Of a stretch of DNA of 64,000 bases, positions 56,748-64,000 are shown one piece after another (position 1 is the first letter of the stretch; every line of letters begins with the position of its first letter). A model generated the notes under the pieces. It did not search any database. It was not told the DNA's origin and saw nothing but the letters and a program-made list of their open reading frames with translations. The stretch is from Candidatus Eiseniibacteriota bacterium (lineage in GTDB: Bacteria > Eisenbacteria > RBG-16-71-46). The stretch is from positions 96,001 to 160,000 of the forward strand of contig JBGPFC010000002.1 in the NCBI GenBank assembly GCA_041483195.1, written 5' to 3'. Position numbers and translations under genes: made by a program.

Positions 56748-59387
56748 GTGCGTCCCGGCAATCCCGAGGCACTGTCCCAGCCCTACGATCCTGTCCGGGT
56801 CGAGTCGCGCTGGTACGCCCACTGGGAGGAGCGCGGCGTGTTTCGGCCGCGGTCGGGCGGGGACGATCCGTTCGTGATCTCGATCCCGCCTCCCAACGTC
56901 ACGGGCTCGCTCACCATGGGCCACCTGCTCGGCGAATCGGTCCGCGACCTCGTGCTCCGCTGGCAGCGCATGGCGGGGCGCGACACGCTCTACGTGCCGG
57001 GCATGGATCACGCGGGGATCGCGACTCAAAACGTCGTCGAGAACCGTCTCCGTGACGAGGGCACGAGCCGCCACGCGCTCGGCCGCGACGGTTTCGTGCG
57101 CGAGGTGTGGGCCTGGAAGGAGCAGTACGGGGGGCTGATCCTCAAGCAGCTTCGTCGCGTCGGAGTGTCCGCCGACTGGAGCCGCGAGCGCTTCACCCTC
57201 GATCCCGCCTACTCGCGCGCGGTGCTGCTGGCGTTCCAGAAGCTGCACGCGAAGGGGCTCGTGTACCGCGGCCGCTACATCGTGAACTGGTGCCCGCGCT
57301 GTCTCACCGCCCTATCCGACGAGGAAGTGGAGCACGTCGAGACCCAGGGCCAGCTGTGGACGATCAAGTATCCGATCAAGGGCACCGAGAAATTCATCAC
57401 CGTCGCGACCACGCGGCCCGAGACCATGCTCGGCGACACCGCGGTGGCGGTGCACCCGAAGGATCGTCGCTACGCCCACCTGGTGGGCAAGACGGCGGTG
57501 GTGCCGCTCGCGCGGCGCGAGATCCCGGTGGTCGCGGACGATGCCGTGGATCCCAAGTTCGGCTCGGGCGCGGTCAAGGTGACGCCGGCGCACGATTCGA
57601 ACGACTTCCAGCTCGGGCAGCGCCATGGCCTTCCGGAGCTGGTGGTGATCGACGAGCAGGGGGCCATGAACGAGAACGCCGGCGACTTCCGCGGCCTCGA
57701 CCGGTTCGAGGCCCGCGCGCGCATCGTCAAGGCGCTGGCGGACGCCGGTTACCTCGAGAAGGCCGAGCCATACGTCCACGCGGTGGGCCATTGCTCGCGC
57801 TGCGACACCGTGATCGAGCCCTACCTCTCGTGGCAGTGGTTCGTGAAGATGGGGCCGCTCGCGGCGCCGGCCATCGAGGCCGCGCGCAAGGGTCGGGTGA
57901 AGTTCTTCCCGTCGCGCTGGAAGAAGGTGTATCTCAACTGGCTCGAGAACATCCGCGACTGGTGCATCTCGCGCCAGCTGTGGTGGGGGCACCGGATCCC
58001 GGTGTGGTACCGCGGCGACGAAGTGGTGGTCGCGCTCGAGCCGCCGGCGGGCGAGGGGTGGCGGCAGGACGAGGACGTACTCGACACCTGGTTCTCGTCG
58101 TGGCTGTGGCCGTTCGCGATCCTGGGCTGGCCCGACGAGACGCCCGATCTCGCGCGGTACTATCCCAACAGCCTGATGGTGACCGGCAGCGACATCATCT
58201 TCTTCTGGGTCGCCCGCATGGTCATGGCCGGATACGAATTCACGGGGCAGACGCCGTTCGCGCACGTGTTCTTCACCAGCATCGTCCGCGATGCCGAGGG
58301 ACGAAAGATGTCGAAGTCGCTCGGCAATTCGCCCGATCCGCTCGAGATGATGGACCGCTTCGGCGCCGATGCCGTGCGATTCACCATGATCTACCTGACG
58401 CCCGCCGGGCAGGATCTGCTGTTCGACGAAAAACGACTCGAGACCGGACGCTTCTTCGCGAACAAGGTGTGGAACGCGGCGCGGCTCGTGACGCTGCGGC
58501 TGGGCGACGAGGATCTCTCGAGGATCCGCGAGTCGCAGCTCGAGCTCACGCTCTCCGATCGCTGGATCCTGTCGCGCTTCGCGAACGCGGTGAAGGACGT
58601 CACGCGCTGCCTCAAGACCTACCGGCTGAACGAGGCGGCGAACGCGCTCTATCACTTCACGTGGAACGAGTACTGCGATTGGTATCTCGAGATGGCGAAG
58701 CCGCGCTGGGGAGAGGAGGCCGACGCCGAAGATCGGCGCGCGGCGCGGTGGGTGGCGTGGAAGGTCCTGGACGGCGTGCTGCGCCTGCTCCACCCGTTCA
58801 TGCCGTTCGTCTCGGAGGAAATCTGGCAGGCGATCCCCCACGAGGGCGACACCCTCGCGCTCGCGGCCTGGCCGGTCGCGAAGCGCGCGTGGTTCGACGC
58901 AGAGACCGAGCGCCAGATCGCGTTCGTGCAGGAGCTGGTGGTCGCGGTGCGAAACCTGCGGGCCGAGAGCAATCTGGCGGCCGGCAAACGTGTGCCGCTG
59001 GTGGTGCGCGGGGCCGCGGCGCAGCTCGACCTGGTCGAAAAGCTGCGCGATCAGATCATGGCGCTCGCGCGGATCGAGACGCTGACCGTCTCGCGCGACG
59101 GCGCCCGGCCGGCGGTCGCGGCTTCCTCCGTGGTCTCGGGCGCCGAGGTGTTCCTGCCGCTCGAAGGCCTGATCGACGTCGACGAGGAGCGCACCCGGCT
59201 CACGAAGGAGGCCGCGAAGCTGCTCGACGACCTCGAGTCGGTGAAGAAGAAGCTGCGCAATCAGGACTTCCTCACCAAGGCACGCCCGGATATCGTGGAC
59301 AAGGAGCGCGCGCGGCTCGTGCACCTCGAGGAGACGCTCGACAAGCTGAAGCGCGCGCAGGATTCGCTGCGCGTCACCCAGCGCTGA
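56748..59387 (+). CDS. valS: Valyl-tRNA synthetase
   Basis: 'PPPNVTGSLTMGH', 'DHAGIATQ', 'DWCISRQLWWGH', 'KMSKS', C-terminal coiled coil. Confidence 0.98.
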   Translation: MRPGNPEALSQPYDPVRVESRWYAHWEERGVFRPRSGGDDPFVISIPPPNVTGSLTMGHLLGESVRDLVLRWQRMAGRDTLYVPGMDHAGIATQNVVENRLRDEGTSRHALGRDGFVREVWAWKEQYGGLILKQLRRVGVSADWSRERFTLDPAYSRAVLLAFQKLHAKGLVYRGRYIVNWCPRCLTALSDEEVEHVETQGQLWTIKYPIKGTEKFITVATTRPETMLGDTAVAVHPKDRRYAHLVGKTAVVPLARREIPVVADDAVDPKFGSGAVKVTPAHDSNDFQLGQRHGLPELVVIDEQGAMNENAGDFRGLDRFEARARIVKALADAGYLEKAEPYVHAVGHCSRCDTVIEPYLSWQWFVKMGPLAAPAIEAARKGRVKFFPSRWKKVYLNWLENIRDWCISRQLWWGHRIPVWYRGDEVVVALEPPAGEGWRQDEDVLDTWFSSWLWPFAILGWPDETPDLARYYPNSLMVTGSDIIFFWVARMVMAGYEFTGQTPFAHVFFTSIVRDAEGRKMSKSLGNSPDPLEMMDRFGADAVRFTMIYLTPAGQDLLFDEKRLETGRFFANKVWNAARLVTLRLGDEDLSRIRESQLELTLSDRWILSRFANAVKDVTRCLKTYRLNEAANALYHFTWNEYCDWYLEMAKPRWGEEADAEDRRAARWVAWKVLDGVLRLLHPFMPFVSEEIWQAIPHEGDTLALAAWPVAKRAWFDAETERQIAFVQELVVAVRNLRAESNLAAGKRVPLVVRGAAAQLDLVEKLRDQIMALARIETLTVSRDGARPAVAASSVVSGAEVFLPLEGLIDVDEERTRLTKEAAKLLDDLESVKKKLRNQDFLTKARPDIVDKERARLVHLEETLDKLKRAQDSLRVTQR

Positions 59388-59412
59388 CGGACGCTCGACC
59401 AGGAGCATTCCC

Positions 59413-60057
59413 ATGAAGATCGGCATTCTCGGCACCGGTGACGTCGGACAGTCGTTGGGGCGCGGCTTCGCGGAACTCGGGCACGACGTGAAGATGGGAA
59501 CGCGCGACCCGAAGAGCGAGAAGGTCGCCGCCTGGGTCGCGAAGACCGGCGCACGGGCGTCGTCCGGAACGTTCGCGGAAGCCGCCGAGTTCGGGGAGGT
59601 CGTGGTCATCGCCACCCTCTGGAGCGGGACCGAGAACGCGCTGCGCCTCGCGGGCCCGGAGCGGTTCGCGAACAAGGTGGTCATCGACGCGACCAATCCG
59701 CTGGTGTTCAAGCCGGGGCTGCCGCCGGCCCTCGCCCTCGGCCACTCCGACTCGGGCGGCGAACAGGTGCAGCGCTGGCTGCCGCGCGCGCGGGTCGTGA
59801 AGTGCTTCAACACAGCGGGCCACGCCCACATGGTGCAGCCCCAGTTCCCGGGCGGGCCTCCCGACATGTTCCTCTGCGGGAACGACGAAGCGGCCAAGAC
59901 GACGGTCGCCCGGATCCTGAAGGACTTCGGATGGCCGGCGATCGACATCGGCGGGATCGAGGGCGCGCGCGAGCTCGAGCCGCTCTGCATCCTGTGGGTG
60001 AAGATCGGGATGCGCACCGGCGCCTGGAATCACGCGTTCAAGCTGATCCGGAAGTGA
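59413..60057 (+). CDS. NADP oxidoreductase, F420-dependent family (Rossmann)
   Basis: 'IGILGTGDVG', 'VIDATNP', 'SGGEQVQ', 'VVKCFNT'. Confidence 0.85.
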   Translation: MKIGILGTGDVGQSLGRGFAELGHDVKMGTRDPKSEKVAAWVAKTGARASSGTFAEAAEFGEVVVIATLWSGTENALRLAGPERFANKVVIDATNPLVFKPGLPPALALGHSDSGGEQVQRWLPRARVVKCFNTAGHAHMVQPQFPGGPPDMFLCGNDEAAKTTVARILKDFGWPAIDIGGIEGARELEPLCILWVKIGMRTGAWNHAFKLIRK

Positions 60058-60470
60058 GCGCTCCGCCCCGCGCCGCGCGCAGCGCGATCTCAACGACCTA
60101 TCGCCGGATCTACGCGGCGGTGCGCCGGATTCCGCGCGGCCGGGTCGCGAGCTACGGACAGATCGCGGCGCTCGCGGGGATCCCGCACGCGCCGCGGGTC
60201 GCGGGGTACGCGCTGCACGCGCTTCCGGATGGCACTCCGCTGCCGTGGCATCGGGTCGTGAGCGCGGAGGGGCGACTCAGCATCGCGCGCCTGAGTCCCG
60301 ACGGGGCGCTCACGCAGCGCATGCGTCTCGAGCGCGAAGGGGTACGCTTCGATCCGCGCGGGCGCGTGGACCTCGCGCGGCACGCGTGGCACCCGCGCGC
60401 CGGGCATCGCCCGGGGGACTCGCGCCGGCTTCAGCGCGCGGACAGGCTGTCGGCCCCGACCCGCCGGTAG
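60054..60470 (+). CDS. Alkyltransferase-like protein (ATL/YbaZ, MGMT family)
   Basis: 'IPRGRVASYGQIA', 'PWHRV' (Trp in place of the catalytic Cys). Confidence 0.9.
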   Translation: MSAPPRAARSAISTTYRRIYAAVRRIPRGRVASYGQIAALAGIPHAPRVAGYALHALPDGTPLPWHRVVSAEGRLSIARLSPDGALTQRMRLEREGVRFDPRGRVDLARHAWHPRAGHRPGDSRRLQRADRLSAPTRR

Positions 60471-61999
60471 CGCGCGAGACGGAGCGGCCCCTCCGCCGAT
60501 TCGAATGTCTCGCGCTCGATCAGCACGCGGCCGATCGCGGCGGCGCGTTCGGTGCGGAGCGCCAGCTCCCGGCGCACCTCGGAGTTGGGGCTGCGCACCA
60601 CGACCCATACCTCGTCGAATGGCGCCGCGTTCCCCGCGGCCGCGCGCTCCATCTCGTCGAGCTGTTCGGGGGTGTAGCCCGACGCGAACGGCACCGCGGG
60701 ATGTGACACCTCGAACGCCGCGACCGGCGTCTTCTGCCTCAGGTTGTAGAAGCGGAACGGGTCCACGTCGAACGGCACCAGCGCCGCCGTGCGTCCCGGC
60801 GGGCTCGCGCTCGCGATGCGATGCACAGCGTCCCGCCACGGCTCCTTCGTGTAGTCGGTGTCGTAGCGCACGCAGGCGTATGCGCCGGTCGCGAGCAGCA
60901 CCGTCGCCCACGCGATGCGCGCGGGGCGGGGCAGCGAAACGATGCCGCGCGCGAGCAGCACCGCGAGCATGGGAGTGACCAGCACGAAGTAGCGCGGCAG
61001 CCAGAGCGGCTGCTTGAAGGAAACGATCCAGACCGCGGCCAGCGGGAGGAACAGTCCGCCGAACGCGAGCCGCGTGACGACGCCGCGCGTGCCAGCCGCG
61101 ACCGCCGATCGCAGCGCGATCGTGAGCGGCACGATCGGGATCAGCAGCAGCACCAGGTGCGCGAGGCGGCGCGGCACGAACGCCTCGAGGCCCGGAAGCG
61201 TCGCGCCCGGCGGCGGCGTCACGATCGGGATCGGCGAGAGGAACACGGCGCGGAGCACCTGGAAGGCCTCGTGGCCCCCGGGCGCCCGCAGGTACCAGTG
61301 GCTGTGCGAGAGCCGGCCCGCCTGGGCGAGGCTGATGAAGAACCACGGCAGGTAGAGCGCGAACGCCGCCAGCAGCGCGATCAGCCACGGCGCGAACCGC
61401 CTGCGCCCCGAGCGCGAAATTACCGAGAATGCGCCCTGCACGCCCACCCCCAGCAGCGCGATGCTCTGCGTGTAGAGCGCGAGCGCGGAGGCCGCGACGA
61501 ACGGCACCCACGCGCGCCGGCGGTCGAGCAGCGCGGCGCGCGCGTACAGATAGAGCGAGAGCGTCGCGAAGGCCGCGACCAGCGTGTAGGTGCGGGCCTC
61601 CTGCGCGTACATCAGCTGGAACGGAGAGAGCGCCGTGATCGCGGCCGCGAGCGTCGCCTCGTCGCGGGAGGCCGCGAGGCGCGCGATGCGGTAGGTCAGC
61701 CAGACCAGCGCCAGCGACGCGAAGAACGACACCAGCCGCAGCTGGGCCTCGCCGTCCCCGAGCCTGAGCGCGAGCGCGGTCAGCATGTAGAAGAGCGGCG
61801 GGCTCGCGTCCTTCTGCGCGCAGAGCCGGATCAGCTCGGGCAGCTTCGCGGACGCCGCGGTCCAGGTGGAGCCCTCGTCGGTCCACAGGCTGCGGGCTCC
61901 GATGTGCCAGGCGCGCGCCAGCGCGGCGGCCGCGAGCACCGCGATCACTCCCGGACGCGCGTGCCGGCCGCGGGCGAAAGGCGCGGCGATCGGGTTCAC
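60431..61999 (-). CDS. GT39/PMT-like membrane glycosyltransferase
   Basis: 'SLWTDEG', 'PPLFY', 'LRLVS', 'YAQEARTY'; multi-TM. Confidence 0.8.
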   Translation of the reverse strand: MNPIAAPFARGRHARPGVIAVLAAAALARAWHIGARSLWTDEGSTWTAASAKLPELIRLCAQKDASPPLFYMLTALALRLGDGEAQLRLVSFFASLALVWLTYRIARLAASRDEATLAAAITALSPFQLMYAQEARTYTLVAAFATLSLYLYARAALLDRRRAWVPFVAASALALYTQSIALLGVGVQGAFSVISRSGRRRFAPWLIALLAAFALYLPWFFISLAQAGRLSHSHWYLRAPGGHEAFQVLRAVFLSPIPIVTPPPGATLPGLEAFVPRRLAHLVLLLIPIVPLTIALRSAVAAGTRGVVTRLAFGGLFLPLAAVWIVSFKQPLWLPRYFVLVTPMLAVLLARGIVSLPRPARIAWATVLLATGAYACVRYDTDYTKEPWRDAVHRIASASPPGRTAALVPFDVDPFRFYNLRQKTPVAAFEVSHPAVPFASGYTPEQLDEMERAAAGNAAPFDEVWVVVRSPNSEVRRELALRTERAAAIGRVLIERETFESAEGPLRLARYRRVGADSLSAR

Positions 62000-62000
62000 G

Positions 62001-63074
62001 TCAGCGCCCGGTCAGAAGATCCACGATGCGCAGCCCGCTCTTGCCGTCGCCGAACGGGTTCGGCCAGTCGCGCGCGCGGGACGCCATGGCGCGCGCGCAC
62101 GCGACGATGGACTCCGGCGCGGCGCCCGCCAGCACGTTGGCGCCGACTTCGACCGATTCCGGGCGCTCGGTGTTGTCGCGCAGCGTGACGCACGGCACGC
62201 GCAGGCAGCACGCCTCCTCCTGGAGCCCGCCCGAGTCGGTGAGCGTGAGCGCCGCCCGGGCGTGGAGCCCGAGGAAGTCGAGATAGCCGAGCGGAGGCAG
62301 CGCGCGCACCGGGCCGTCGACGGCGATGCCGAGCGATGCGAGCCGCGCGGTGGTGCGCGGATGCAGCGAAGCGAGCACCGGGATGCCGAGTGCGCGCGCG
62401 CTGTCGGCGAGGCCCTGCACGATCCCCCGCAGGCGCTCGGGATGATCGGTGTTCTCGGCACGGTGCACGGTGGCCACCGCGTAGCGCCCCGGCTCGACGC
62501 CGAAACGCTCGAGCAGGCCCGGGCGATCGGCGCGCGGGCGCTGCAGCTCGAGCTCGTCCACAACGGTGTTGCCCGTCACGTGAATGCGCGAGGCCGCGAA
62601 GCCCTCGCCGAGCAGGATCCCACGCGATTTCTCGGTCGGGGCGAACAGGTGTTCGGAAAGATGATCGGTGAGGATGCGGTTGATCTCCTCGGGCATGGCG
62701 CGGTCGTAGGAGCGGAGGCCGGCCTCGACGTGCCCGACCGTGATGCCCATCTTCTGCGCGGTCAGCGCGGCCGCGAGCACCGAGTTGGTGTCGCCCTCGA
62801 CCAGCAACACATCGGGCCGCTCGCGCCCGAGCAGCGGCTCCATGCCGCGCACGATGGTGCCGATCTGGTAGGCCTGCGATCCAGATCCCACCTCGAGGTT
62901 GTGGTGCGGCTGCGGCAGCCCCAGCTCCTGGAAGAACACGCCGTCCATCTCGAACGAGTAGTGCTGGCCGGTGTGGAGCAGCAGGTAGGGCAGTTCGCGC
63001 GCGATGCAGGCGCGCACCACCGGCGCCATCTTGATGATCTCGGGGCGGGTGCCGACGACGACCGCGATCTTCAA
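62001..63074 (-). CDS. wecB: UDP-GlcNAc 2-epimerase (non-hydrolysing)
   Basis: 'GTRPEIIK', 'HTGQHY', 'HVEAGLRS', 'TDSGGLQEEA', 'TERPE'. Confidence 0.95.
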   Translation of the reverse strand: MKIAVVVGTRPEIIKMAPVVRACIARELPYLLLHTGQHYSFEMDGVFFQELGLPQPHHNLEVGSGSQAYQIGTIVRGMEPLLGRERPDVLLVEGDTNSVLAAALTAQKMGITVGHVEAGLRSYDRAMPEEINRILTDHLSEHLFAPTEKSRGILLGEGFAASRIHVTGNTVVDELELQRPRADRPGLLERFGVEPGRYAVATVHRAENTDHPERLRGIVQGLADSARALGIPVLASLHPRTTARLASLGIAVDGPVRALPPLGYLDFLGLHARAALTLTDSGGLQEEACCLRVPCVTLRDNTERPESVEVGANVLAGAAPESIVACARAMASRARDWPNPFGDGKSGLRIVDLLTGR

Positions 63075-63087
63075 CGCGCGCGATGCC

Positions 63088-64000
63088 TCAAGCGGCGGCC
63101 GCTGCTGACTCGATGGCCAAACCCTTCATCATCTCCTCGACCACCTCGCAGCACGAGTTCCAGGAGTTGACGCGCGGGTACACCTGCGCGGTGCAGGCGA
63201 GATACAGGCGGCCCGGGATGACGGTGGTGGGAGGGCGCACCTGGCTGTAGCCCACGCTCCAGATGGGCTCGACGTACGGCGCGCGGAACACGAATTGATC
63301 GGTGATGCCGCGGCCCGCCCCGGGGAAGAGCGTCTCCAGATCGCTCCGGTATCGCGCGAGCATAGGCTCGTCGCCGAGCTTGAACAGCTCGCTGTCGCGA
63401 TGCGTGTAGTTGACGAGGTAGGTCACGTAGCGGCCCTGGGAGCGCTCGAGCGGAACCAGATTCGACATCTCGATCGCGCCCTGCGCGGTCGCACCGCTGT
63501 CGACCCACGGCATCCAGTAGTACGAGGTGAGCGGGCGTTCGAGCAGGAATACGCCGCTCACCACGCCCTGATAGTCGAGCGAGAGGGTGGAGAGACCACG
63601 ATCGAGCCCGAGCCCCTGCGTCATGCGCTGAAACTGCGGAAGGGGCGAGGTCGCCACCACCAGGTCGAATCGCTCGCGGCGCCCGTCTTCGAGAACCGCC
63701 GCCATGCGCTCACCCTCGCGCTCGATGGCCCGCACGCGCGTGCGCATGCGGAGATCGGCGCCGCGCTCGCGCAGGTGACGCTCGAACGCGTCGATCAGCG
63801 AACGGTACCCGCGCGTGAGGCAGCCTTTCACCTCGGCCTTGGTCTTCTGCTCGCGGCTCATGCGACTCGACAGCCACAGCGCCGGGAGCGCCGGGTAGTG
63901 ATCCCCGATTTTCGCTGAGAGCAGCGGCTTCCACAGGATCTCGAACGCCCGCTCTCCGACCTTGCCCCGCACCCAGTCCGCGGCCGTGACGTCGTCCAGC
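63088..64000 (-). CDS. FAD-dependent oxidoreductase (protoporphyrinogen/amine oxidase-like); N-terminus outside the window
   Basis: 'WKPLLSAK', 'GYRSLID', 'LTSYYW', 'PGRLYLA...VYP'. Confidence 0.7.
   Translation of the reverse strand, partial: LDDVTAADWVRGKVGERAFEILWKPLLSAKIGDHYPALPALWLSSRMSREQKTKAEVKGCLTRGYRSLIDAFERHLRERGADLRMRTRVRAIEREGERMAAVLEDGRRERFDLVVATSPLPQFQRMTQGLGLDRGLSTLSLDYQGVVSGVFLLERPLTSYYWMPWVDSGATAQGAIEMSNLVPLERSQGRYVTYLVNYTHRDSELFKLGDEPMLARYRSDLETLFPGAGRGITDQFVFRAPYVEPIWSVGYSQVRPPTTVIPGRLYLACTAQVYPRVNSWNSCCEVVEEMMKGLAIESAAAAA

Noticed and set aside
60054..60470. MGMT homolog missing the catalytic Cys as a pseudogene or novelty
   Set aside because: PWHRV is the known signature of functional ATL proteins

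Overview
Very GC-rich, gene-dense bacterial chromosome segment. Gene content (FlgD-Ig/T9SS-like C-terminal domain, MglA, CsrA, PASTA-bearing FtsI) suggests an FCB-affiliated candidate phylum such as Ca. Eisenbacteria; this is inference only. Layout: a surface-glycan operon (1-6.7 kb), a dcw cell-division cluster (mraZ to ftsZ) with an unusual STAS gene between mraZ and rsmH, TPR/rpmB/recG, a patA-pimA-like glycolipid operon, an orphan mglA and a lone trpA. Next comes a ~12 kb regulatory island (36.1-48.6 kb), then polysaccharide genes, an M13 peptidase, wzi, valS and a further glycan operon. The island looks like the regulatory skeleton of a flagellar hierarchy with no flagellar structural gene in the window. 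It contains csrA, a FlgM-like gene, a PAS kinase plus sigma54 activator, and a sigma54 promoter ahead of REC / stand-alone sigma-region-4 / hypothetical / flhG / fliA / DHp-only / degenerate GGDEF / hybrid kinase. Three identically spaced sigma28-type promoters (TYAAG-N15-GCCGAW) precede csrA-flgM, mglA and an unannotated 18-aa hydrophobic peptide gene whose leader carries CsrA-type GGA sites, as a flagellin mRNA would. I saw no rRNA, tRNA, CRISPR array or mobile element. All calls come from reading motifs by eye; no searches were run.
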